Shown here piece after piece: positions 24,780 to 32,000 of a stretch of DNA of 32,000 nt (the stretch's first letter is position 1; every line of letters starts with the position of its first letter). The translations under genes and the position numbers were made by a program. The stretch comes from Erysipelotrichaceae bacterium (GTDB lineage Bacteria > Bacillota_I > Bacilli_A > Erysipelotrichales > Erysipelotrichaceae): positions 990,001 through 1,022,000 of the forward strand of contig OY781039.1 in NCBI GenBank assembly GCA_963676105.1, written 5' to 3'. Below the pieces are notes generated by a model that was not told where the DNA came from, searched no databases, and saw nothing but the letters and a program-made list of their open reading frames with translations.

Positions 24780-25811
24780 TTAGGCTAGTTCTTGATAATG
24801 TAGTGCCATCCATTTAACATTCTCAGTATCACGTGATAAATCACCACTCAGTGTTTTTGGGATTTCAATCTCTAATACTTCTGGAATTTGATTTTGACTA
24901 TAATCAATTGAATCTAAACCTTCTATGATTCTTTTTACTACTAAGATATGATCATGGTTCGCTTTATTTTCACCAATTTCCCACCGATATAAACCATCAT
25001 AAACTAAATGAAGGATATTCTTTAAAGCCACCAATCGTTGAACTTGATGCTTAAGATGTATTCTTTCTTCATCACTAACTTTCTTTTCTTTTTCAACGAT
25101 TAAATGTTCTAAATCAGATTTAACCAATTCAATATCATTAAAAGCAGAGGCTAAACAAGAAGATTGACCTTGCACAGCTACTCTTTTCTCATAAAAAGAA
25201 CAGGCTGATTTTAACGCATCACTGACTTGTCTCTTTACAAATTCTAATCGCTTATTCGCCATTTTTTTATAGAATAACTTTGAATACACTACATTAAAAA
25301 TCATCGCAATCAAAATCCCTATACCCAATGAACTTAAACGAACCGCTAAAGTTAAAAAGACATCTGGCTGCCCTAGACTATTCACTCTTAAGAGTTGTGT
25401 CATATATATAGATGTAAATAAAGCAGAAGGTGAAACCATACGATAATCAATAATAAGTGAAATATAGATGGTCATCCCTATACCTAATGTTAAGGCAATA
25501 ATCATGTATTGATAATCCAAAGTTAGGATAATGAGTCCCGTCACCAAACCACCTAGAGTAGATGTGATCATTTGATCTTTAGCTGAACTAAAACCACGTC
25601 TGTTTACAGCTTCTAAGGAATACATAACACCCAACAACAAAGAAATACTATCAAGATATTGAAGTGGAATTAATTTCCCAACTAAAAAAGCAAGTGCTAA
25701 AGCAGGCATCGATTTAAAGATATATAACCAAGAATCCATTAAAAGAGCTTCTTGAGGTAATTTAATTTTATTAAGTAGTTTGGACATATCCTTATTATAA
25801 AGAAAAAGCAT
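24780..25811 (-). CDS. Membrane protein, FUSC/aromatic-acid-exporter-like (UPF0421-type architecture)
   Basis: About 5 N-terminal TM helices are followed by a roughly 170-aa helical cytoplasmic domain. SD GGAG lies 6 nt before the ATG. The family call rests on architecture only. Confidence 0.45.
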   Translation of the reverse strand: MLFLYNKDMSKLLNKIKLPQEALLMDSWLYIFKSMPALALAFLVGKLIPLQYLDSISLLLGVMYSLEAVNRRGFSSAKDQMITSTLGGLVTGLIILTLDYQYMIIALTLGIGMTIYISLIIDYRMVSPSALFTSIYMTQLLRVNSLGQPDVFLTLAVRLSSLGIGILIAMIFNVVYSKLFYKKMANKRLEFVKRQVSDALKSACSFYEKRVAVQGQSSCLASAFNDIELVKSDLEHLIVEKEKKVSDEERIHLKHQVQRLVALKNILHLVYDGLYRWEIGENKANHDHILVVKRIIEGLDSIDYSQNQIPEVLEIEIPKTLSGDLSRDTENVKWMALHYQELA

Positions 25812-25825
25812 GGATTACTCCATGC

Positions 25826-26755
25826 TTAGTTTGTGTATTTAAGGACTTTCTGAACGATTGAATCAGCTGATAAACCATACTTCTTGACCAGTTCATCTGG
25901 TTTACCAGATTCACCAAAGGTATCTTCTATCGCTACCATATCCATTAAGACTGGATGGTTTTTAGATAAGGTTTCAGCGACTGCTGAGCCTAAACCACCA
26001 AACTTAGAATGTTCTTCACAGGTGATGACCACTTTAGATTGTTTTGCATATTTGAGTATGAGTTCTTCATCTAATGGTTTGATCGTCGCAATATTAATCA
26101 CTGAGATGTCTATTCCTTTTTCAGCTAAGACTTCTGCAGCTTTTAAAGCTTCTTGAACCATCATCCCTGTCGCTACTAATGTAATGTCTTTACCTTCACG
26201 CATCACATGACCTTTACCAATTTCAAATTTGTAGGTGTCATCAAGGACTGTTTCGACATTAGAGCGTCCTAGTCTTACATAGAATGGTCCTTTAACTTTT
26301 GAGATCGCTCTGATAGCTTGTTCAGTTTCAACTTCATCACACGGTTGAATAACCGTCATACCTGGAATAGCTCTCATTAAGGCAATATCTTCAATACTTT
26401 GATGAGATGCCCCATCTTCACCTAAGGTAATTCCTGCATGAGTCGCACAGATCTTTACATTTAAGTGTGTATAACCAATTGAGTTACGGACTTGCTCATA
26501 CGCTCTTCCTGCCGCAAACATGGCAAATGTTGATGCAAAGACCGTATTACCACACGTCGCTAGACCTGCCGCAATCCCCATCATATTCCCTTCAGCTATC
26601 CCGACATTAAAGTGTCTTTGTGGGACAGCTGCTTTCGCATCCGCTGTTTTAGTGGACTTCGATAAATCAGCATCTAAGACGACAATCTTCTCATCTTCTA
26701 CAATTAACTTCGCTAAGGTCTTCCCATAAGCGACACGTGTTGCTTGTTTAGCCAT
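25826..26755 (-). CDS. Transketolase, C-terminal (pyrimidine-binding) subunit
   Basis: 309 aa with ..FNVGIAEGNMMGIAAGLA.. and ..THAGITLGEDGASHQSIEDIA... It follows the N-terminal subunit gene. Confidence 0.93.
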   Translation of the reverse strand: MAKQATRVAYGKTLAKLIVEDEKIVVLDADLSKSTKTADAKAAVPQRHFNVGIAEGNMMGIAAGLATCGNTVFASTFAMFAAGRAYEQVRNSIGYTHLNVKICATHAGITLGEDGASHQSIEDIALMRAIPGMTVIQPCDEVETEQAIRAISKVKGPFYVRLGRSNVETVLDDTYKFEIGKGHVMREGKDITLVATGMMVQEALKAAEVLAEKGIDISVINIATIKPLDEELILKYAKQSKVVITCEEHSKFGGLGSAVAETLSKNHPVLMDMVAIEDTFGESGKPDELVKKYGLSADSIVQKVLKYTN

Positions 26756-26760
26756 TGTCT

Positions 26761-27576
26761 CTAGTCCTCCAATTCTTTCATTGCCAAGGTAAATTCATCA
26801 TCATTAGGTGCGACACCATGCCATGCGTAGTTGTTTTCCATAAAGGAAACACCCTTACCCTTAACAGTCTTCGCTAAGATCATGGTTGGTTTGCCTTTTG
26901 TTTCTCGTGCTTCTTTAAAAGCATTCTCTATTTGTGTATAGTCATGACCATCAATTTCAATCACATGCCAATTAAAAGCTTCCCACTTCTCTTTAAAAGG
27001 AAATGGATTCATAACTTTCGTAACGTCTCCATCAATTTGTAGTCCATTGACATCTAATATTGCACATAGATTATCTAATTCATAATGAGCGGCACTCATC
27101 GCTGCTTCCCAGATTTGTCCTTCTTGAGACTCTCCATCACCGACTAAGGCATAGGTTCTAAAGTCATTTTGATGAATCTTATTATTTAAAGCCATACCAA
27201 CAGCTGCTGATAGACCTTGACCCAAAGATCCAGTAGACATATCAACACCTTTAACATAGTTCATATTAGGGTGACCTTGTAGTTTTGAGTTAATGAGTCT
27301 AAACGTCATTAGATCTTCTTGAGTTAGAAAACCTTTTTCTTTGAGTACGGCATACAATAATGCAGAGGCATGACCTTTAGATAAAACAAACTTATCTCTC
27401 TCTAAATTATCAACATTATCTTGATTTACATTCATTTCATTAAAATACAAGCTAGTCAGTATTTCTACTGCACTGAGTGCACCACCGATGTGTCCACTTT
27501 TAGCGTTATAGACTTGTTTAATAATATTGCGACGGATATTCTTTGCGATACCCGCCATTTCACTATGATTTAACAT
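26761..27576 (-). CDS. Transketolase, N-terminal (TPP-binding) subunit
   Basis: 271 aa with ..GHIGGALS.., ..LSKGHA.., ..GSLGQGLSAAVGMA.. and ..GDGESQEGQIWEA... Confidence 0.93.
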   Translation of the reverse strand: MLNHSEMAGIAKNIRRNIIKQVYNAKSGHIGGALSAVEILTSLYFNEMNVNQDNVDNLERDKFVLSKGHASALLYAVLKEKGFLTQEDLMTFRLINSKLQGHPNMNYVKGVDMSTGSLGQGLSAAVGMALNNKIHQNDFRTYALVGDGESQEGQIWEAAMSAAHYELDNLCAILDVNGLQIDGDVTKVMNPFPFKEKWEAFNWHVIEIDGHDYTQIENAFKEARETKGKPTMILAKTVKGKGVSFMENNYAWHGVAPNDDEFTLAMKELED

Positions 27577-27616
27577 GGCTAAAGCTCCTTTTGTTCTTTA
27601 ACAATTGTATCTTATC

Positions 27617-27733
27617 TTTCACAAACTTTCACGCTTTATACCACCTTTTCACAATTGTGAAGGAATGTGAGTGTATGTTTTTGTATCAAATGAGCGATTT
27701 TGAGTGATATTTATGTGAAATCAATCATTTTCA
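27617..27733. promoter_or_regulatory. Cluster of TTTCAC/GTGAAA half-sites in the divergent tkt/fru control region (candidate operators)
   Basis: TTTCAC occurs at 27617-22 and 27627-32 (direct, 10-bp phase). A perfect 14-bp palindrome TTCACAATTGTGAA lies at 27648-61. The inverted pair TGAAA(27716-20)..TTTCA(27729-33) follows. The palindrome overlaps the putative -35 of a minus-strand TGgTATAAA promoter (TATAAA at 27640..27635). Confidence 0.45.
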
Positions 27734-27755
27734 TGCATTTTATGACTGTTTTTGC

Positions 27756-27783
27756 TTGATTTTTATAAAATATCCCCTATACT
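27756..27783 (+). promoter_or_regulatory. Sigma-A-type promoter of the fru operon
   Basis: TTGATT(27756-61)-N16-TATACT(27778-83). Confidence 0.5.
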
Positions 27784-27821
27784 GTGTTTATATCGCTCAA
27801 AAACACGCAGGAGGACAGCCA

Positions 27822-28268
27822 ATGTTTGATAAAAAATCCATTATTCTGAGCTGCTCAGAAACAGAAAAAGTAAATATTGTTAAATTTCTAGCTAAAAAAG
27901 CTCATGAAGCAGGATATGTAAGTGACATTGATCCTTATGTAAGTGCTGTACTAGCACGTGAAGAAGAGTATTCAACGGGGGTTGGATTTGGGATTGCGAT
28001 ACCACATGGTAAAGCAGAATCTGTAAATGAACCCTTCGTTATGTTTACAAAAGTGAATAAAGTAGATTGGCAATCCCTGGATGGAACAGCTGTTGATATG
28101 GTTTTCCAAATAGGTGTTCCAGCTTCTGATACAGGTGATCAACACCTAAGAATACTTGCACAATTATCTAGAAAACTCATGAATGATGACTTTAGAGAAG
28201 CATTACTAAAATCCACAAGCGCTGATCAAGTCATTGATATCTATAAAGAATATGGATTGGTGGACTAA
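27822..28268 (+). CDS. PTS EIIA component (fructose/mannitol family)
   Basis: ATG at 27822 follows AGGAGG; the track start at 27756 is TTG inside the promoter. The active-site context is GFGIAIPHGK. Confidence 0.88.
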   Translation: MFDKKSIILSCSETEKVNIVKFLAKKAHEAGYVSDIDPYVSAVLAREEEYSTGVGFGIAIPHGKAESVNEPFVMFTKVNKVDWQSLDGTAVDMVFQIGVPASDTGDQHLRILAQLSRKLMNDDFREALLKSTSADQVIDIYKEYGLVD

Positions 28269-29047
28269 TGTTAGCAGCTGAAAGAAGACATAAAATATTA
28301 GAACTACTTAAAGCGAATCAGATTATTACCGTTAGTGAACTCTGTTCAGTTTTAGAAACATCTGAAGCAACCATTCGTCGCGATCTAAATTTACTTGAAG
28401 AAAAAGGACAACTTGAAAGAACACATGGTGGTGCAGTCTTTAGCGAAAACCAAACAACCAGTGAAGCTAAAGTTAAATCTCGAGAAGTCATGGAAACACA
28501 AGAGAAGATTGAAATTGCTTCCTTAGCTTTCGATTTAATTGAAGAACACGATTCTATCATCTTAGACGCAGGGACAACAACTTTAGAACTCGCAAGACTG
28601 ATTGGTCAATCTAAACTTCATTTAACCATTATTACAAATTCAACCATTGCTTTCTCAGCCTTAGCTGAAAATGAAAATGCAGAATTGATTATGTTGGGTG
28701 GTAAAGTCAGATCCAATACACTCGCAACTGTCGGAAGTTTCGCTGATGATATGTTAAAGCGATTCCATGTCGATAAAGTATTCTTGGGAACCAATGGTGT
28801 TACCTTAGATACTGGCTTAAGTACAGCTGAAATGGATGAAGCTTCAATTAAGAGAACCATGTTGAATCAAGCTAAAAAACGAATTGTTTTAGCAGACCAT
28901 TCAAAATTCAATAAAGTTTATATGAACCAGATTGCTCCTCTTTCAATGGCTGATATTTTGATTACAGATGCGGCAACCAACGATGATTTATTAAACGCTA
29001 TTATCGCCGACTATGAAATCGAAGTATTGAAGGGATTTAGTGTATGA
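28268..29047 (+). CDS. fruR: DeoR-family transcriptional repressor (FruR-like)
   Basis: The N-terminal HTH is RRHKILELLKANQIITVSELCSVLETSEATIRRDLNLLEEKGQL. A DeoR C-terminal sensor domain is present, and the gene lies upstream of fruK. Confidence 0.88.
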   Translation: MLAAERRHKILELLKANQIITVSELCSVLETSEATIRRDLNLLEEKGQLERTHGGAVFSENQTTSEAKVKSREVMETQEKIEIASLAFDLIEEHDSIILDAGTTTLELARLIGQSKLHLTIITNSTIAFSALAENENAELIMLGGKVRSNTLATVGSFADDMLKRFHVDKVFLGTNGVTLDTGLSTAEMDEASIKRTMLNQAKKRIVLADHSKFNKVYMNQIAPLSMADILITDAATNDDLLNAIIADYEIEVLKGFSV

Positions 29048-29973
29048 TCACAACTGTTACATTAAATCCAGCCATTGATAAAACACTGACCATTGAACAG
29101 TTCGAAGTTAATAAAGTCAATCGAGTCACAAGTATTTCAGAAGGCTTGGGTGGTAAAGGGATCAATGTTTCTAAAGTCCTTAATTACTTAGGTACAGTAA
29201 ATAAAGCCATTGGATTTATAGGTGAAAAAAATTACTCACGTATTCAAACTCTGAATAGTGTCAATCCGATTGATACAGACTTTGTCTTAGTCGACGCCAA
29301 TACGCGTACCAATACAAAAATTATTGATCCTCAAAATCAAAATACAACTGATATTAATGAAGCTGGCTTTGAAGTCAATTCAAAACACATTGCTCAGATA
29401 ACACACTTAATTCAAGACTATTCACAAAAAAGTGAATTCATCGTCTTTAGTGGATCAGTCTGCAAAGGGATTGATCAAGCTATTTATCAAAACTTAATAA
29501 AATCAGTTAATCCAAATTGTAAAGTCGTCATTGATATCGATGGTGACATGTTAAAAGCAAGTCTAAGCACATCCCCATTCCTAATTAAACCTAATATTGA
29601 TGAGTTAGAAAAACTCTTAAATAAAAGTTTAGATAGCACAAAAGCGATTAAAGATGAATGCCATAAGTTAATAAAAGAATACAATATCGAAAACATCTTA
29701 GTATCTTGCGGAGAAAAAGGTTCACTTCTTGTTAATAAAGAGAATTGTTTAGTTGCGAATGCACTAAAAGTCGATGTTGTATCTACGGTTGGTGCTGGTG
29801 ATTCCATGTTAGCAGCCTTTATCTCAAACTATAGTGTTTCAAAAAGACTGAAAGAAGCACTCAAATATGCTGCATGTGCTGGATCACTTGCTGTATGTGA
29901 CATCTCAACCGATGTCTTTAAAGAAAAAAGCATTGAAGAATATATTGAAAGCATAACAATCGAGAATTGTTAA
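29044..29973 (+). CDS. fruK: 1-phosphofructokinase (PfkB family)
   Basis: The N-terminus is MITTVTLNPAIDKT and ..GGKGINVS.. is present. The C-terminal signature is ..VVSTVGAGDSMLAAF... It overlaps fruR by 4 nt. Confidence 0.9.
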   Translation: MITTVTLNPAIDKTLTIEQFEVNKVNRVTSISEGLGGKGINVSKVLNYLGTVNKAIGFIGEKNYSRIQTLNSVNPIDTDFVLVDANTRTNTKIIDPQNQNTTDINEAGFEVNSKHIAQITHLIQDYSQKSEFIVFSGSVCKGIDQAIYQNLIKSVNPNCKVVIDIDGDMLKASLSTSPFLIKPNIDELEKLLNKSLDSTKAIKDECHKLIKEYNIENILVSCGEKGSLLVNKENCLVANALKVDVVSTVGAGDSMLAAFISNYSVSKRLKEALKYAACAGSLAVCDISTDVFKEKSIEEYIESITIENC

Positions 29974-29981
29974 AGGAGAAG

Positions 29982-30374
29982 ATGATGAAAATTCTAGGCG
30001 TAACGGCATGTCCTACAGGGATTGCCCACACTTACATGGCAGCAGAAGCCATTGAAAAAGCTGCAAAAGCAAAAGGTTACGACGTAAAAGTTGAAACACG
30101 AGGGTCTGTTGGTGTTGAAAACGGACTGACAGATGAAGATATCGCAAATGCTGATGTGATTGTATTAGCTTGTGATATGACAACTCCTACCGAAAGATTT
30201 GTTGGTAAAAAACTGATCGCAGTCGGTGTTGCAGAAGCGATTAAACATGCTTCAGAAATCATTGACTTAGGCCAAGATGTTGAAGCATTTGATGGGACCG
30301 TTAAACAAACCAAACTTGGCGGTTCAAAAGAAAAAGAAGACAAAAAAGGTTTATTTGGCTTCTTGAAGAAATAA
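29982..30374 (+). CDS. PTS fructose-family EIIB component
   Basis: AAAGGAGAA precedes ATGATG; the start is 29982 or 29985. The active-site Cys context is ILGVTACPTGIAHTYMAAEA. Confidence 0.88.
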   Translation: MMKILGVTACPTGIAHTYMAAEAIEKAAKAKGYDVKVETRGSVGVENGLTDEDIANADVIVLACDMTTPTERFVGKKLIAVGVAEAIKHASEIIDLGQDVEAFDGTVKQTKLGGSKEKEDKKGLFGFLKK

Positions 30375-30463
30375 ATTTGGTTCCAACCAGCGCTTGAACC
30401 ACCGTGCAACCAGGATTCAAGCATTGGGGAATATATTCCATCTACATTATAAAGGAGAAAGAG

Positions 30464-31480
30464 ATGAAATCAAACGCGTTTTATAAGCATTTAATGAGTG
30501 GCGTATCATTTATGATTCCATTCGTTGTTGCGGGTGGTATTGCCATCGCATTTAGTTTTGCATTCGGTTATGACGCTTTCCAAACAGAAGGCACATTAGC
30601 TGCCCACTTAATGACTATTGGTGGATCTGGTGGATTTGCACTTATGGTCCCAATTCTTTCAGGTTATATTGCATTTAGTATTGCTGATCGTCCAGGTTTA
30701 GCACCAGGGATGATTGGTGGTGTGATAGCAGGTAACATCGGTTCAGGATTCCTTGGTGGTATGGTTGCAGGGTTCTTGGCAGGTTATGTTGTCTTAGCTA
30801 TTAAAAAATACATTGTATTGCCTAAATCACTACAAGGTATTATGCCAATCCTAGTTATTCCAGTATTATCAAGCATTACAGTTGGTCTACTCATGTTAAT
30901 GGTCTTAGGTGCTCCTATGACAGCTATAAACCAAGCTATCACAGATTTCCTTAATGGTTTATCAGGCGGTTCTGCTATCGTCTTAGGTTTACTATTAGGT
31001 ACAATGATGGCTTTCGATATGGGTGGTCCTGTTAATAAAGCTGCTTACGCTTTCGGTACAGCAACTTTAGCTAACTTAGCAGCTGGTGAAGGATCTGCAG
31101 TTATGGCAGCCGTCATGGCTGGTGGTATGGTTCCTCCACTTGGTATCGGTATTGCGACATTAATCTTTAAGAAAAAATTCAACGAGGACGAACAAGAAGC
31201 TGGTAAAGCTGCCTTAGTTCTAGGGGCATCATTCATTACTGAAGGTGCTATCCCATTTGCAGCAGCTGATCCTGCACGCGTTCTACCTTCTATTATGGCT
31301 GGTGGCGCTGTTGCTGGTGCGCTAAGTATGGCATTTAACTGTACTTTAGCTGTTCCTCATGGTGGTGTATTCGTACTCTTCGCTGTAGGTAATGTAGCGA
31401 TGTATATCGTTGCGATCCTTGCTGGTTCTGCAGTAACTGCAGCACTACTTGGTGTACTTAAAAAAGATATCGAAGCATAA
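30464..31480 (+). CDS. PTS fructose-family EIIC permease
   Basis: ATG at 30464 follows AAAGGAGAAA; the track start at 30404 is GTG with no SD. It is a polytopic Gly-rich membrane protein with ..FIPFVVAGG.. and ..[10 protein letters not shown]... Confidence 0.9.
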   Translation: MKSNAFYKHLMSGVSFMIPFVVAGGIAIAFSFAFGYDAFQTEGTLAAHLMTIGGSGGFALMVPILSGYIAFSIADRPGLAPGMIGGVIAGNIGSGFLGGMVAGFLAGYVVLAIKKYIVLPKSLQGIMPILVIPVLSSITVGLLMLMVLGAPMTAINQAITDFLNGLSGGSAIVLGLLLGTMMAFDMGGPVNKAAYAFGTATLANLAAGEGSAVMAAVMAGGMVPPLGIGIATLIFKKKFNEDEQEAGKAALVLGASFITEGAIPFAAADPARVLPSIMAGGAVAGALSMAFNCTLAVPHGGVFVLFAVGNVAMYIVAILAGSAVTAALLGVLKKDIEA

Positions 31481-31491
31481 AAGAATAAACA

Positions 31492-31514
31492 AAAGCAGCT
31501 TTCAAAGCTGCTTT
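31492..31514. terminator. Bidirectional terminator between EIIC and the convergent gene
   Basis: aaagcagct-ttcaa-agctgcttt. Confidence 0.7.
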
Positions 31515-31515
31515 C

Positions 31516-32000
31516 TTATTGCTTATATCCTTCAATCAAATCAACATATTCTTGCGCATTGTGAGTAATATGTTTTTTTTCTTCATCACTTAATTCTCGT
31601 TTAACAGATGCAGGTGACCCCATAATCATCGAACCTGCAGGCATGACTTTACGTGGTGTTACTAAAGACCCTGCACCAACAATCACATCACTTTCAACTT
31701 TTGCGTTATCTAAAACAACGGCTGTTGATCCAATGATGACACGATCTTCAATGGTCGCAGAGTGAACATGTGCTAAATGACCAATGGTGACATACTCACC
31801 AATCACACATGGTACACCTGGCATACAGTGTAAAACCGAACCATCTTGTACATTTGAGTTATTACCAATAATAATAGGTCCCATGTCACCTCTTAGTGAT
31901 GCGCCTGGCCAAATAGAGACATTATCTCCTAATATGACCTCTCCAATCACTGAAGCCGTTTCTGCAATATAACAATTCTTTCCTATTTTAGGTGTAAAGT
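31516..32000 (-). CDS. Gamma-class carbonic anhydrase-like / hexapeptide-repeat (LbH) protein, 5' end outside the window
   Basis: The track 'M' at 31950 is GTG. The frame stays open upstream (..FTPKIGKNCYIAETASVIGEVILGDNVSIWPGASLRGDMGPIIIG..), matching the YrdA/PaaY-type N-terminal region. Therefore the gene is partial. Confidence 0.85.
   Translation of the reverse strand, partial: FTPKIGKNCYIAETASVIGEVILGDNVSIWPGASLRGDMGPIIIGNNSNVQDGSVLHCMPGVPCVIGEYVTIGHLAHVHSATIEDRVIIGSTAVVLDNAKVESDVIVGAGSLVTPRKVMPAGSMIMGSPASVKRELSDEEKKHITHNAQEYVDLIEGYKQ

Noticed and set aside
27756-27821. TTG start at 27756 for the EIIA gene, and GTG at 30404 for EIIC
   Set aside because: The extensions have no SD and run through promoter or spacer sequence. 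Internal ATGs at 27822 and 30464 have strong SDs and give canonical N-termini.
1-32000. Possibility that the whole window uses genetic code 4 (UGA=Trp), prompted by the TGA at the WSP motif of the IS30 gene
   Set aside because: All host genes form long ORFs under the standard code, up to 1225 aa. The Trp codons I checked are TGG (for example ..ITW in the ABC ATPase and W16 of the small ORF). Only the already broken IS gene needs UGA read-through.

Overview
Low-GC chromosome segment that uses the standard code (TGG for Trp, long ORFs uninterrupted by TGA). It looks Bacillota/Mollicutes-like (Acholeplasma/Erysipelotrichia type): lipoproteins and tail-anchored surface proteins, no LPXTG. Region 1-9.7 kb is an accessory surface module next to a decayed IS30. 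It holds a ChW-repeat secreted protein, a MacB/FtsX-type ABC pair and a 1225-aa tail-anchored adhesin-like protein. Region 9.8-16 kb is the unusual part. It carries a minus-strand operon: Thr-repeat protein with a poly-Asp/His tail, ECF sigma, anti-sigma-like protein with an RsgI-type middle domain and acidic tail, and a TIM-barrel isomerase. Facing it are a hyperacidic membrane protein, a lipoprotein paralogous to the anti-sigma ectodomain, and a 0.5-kb 'intergenic' stretch. That stretch and the divergent region contain three copies of one composite promoter (11-bp-phased TTGTCA-type direct repeats, 10 bp, then TAWWCT). They also hold two paralogous short terminated transcripts and an antisense 40-aa hydrophobic ORF with a strong SD, a layout resembling a type I toxin-antitoxin (Ibs/Sib-like). 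Region 16-32 kb is housekeeping: phoU-pstBACS, phoRP, nitroreductase, Qnr-like pentapeptide protein, split transketolase, fructose PTS/fruRK operon, and a gamma-CA-like partial gene. No CRISPR, rRNA or tRNA was seen. All function calls come from motif recognition by eye; no database search was run.
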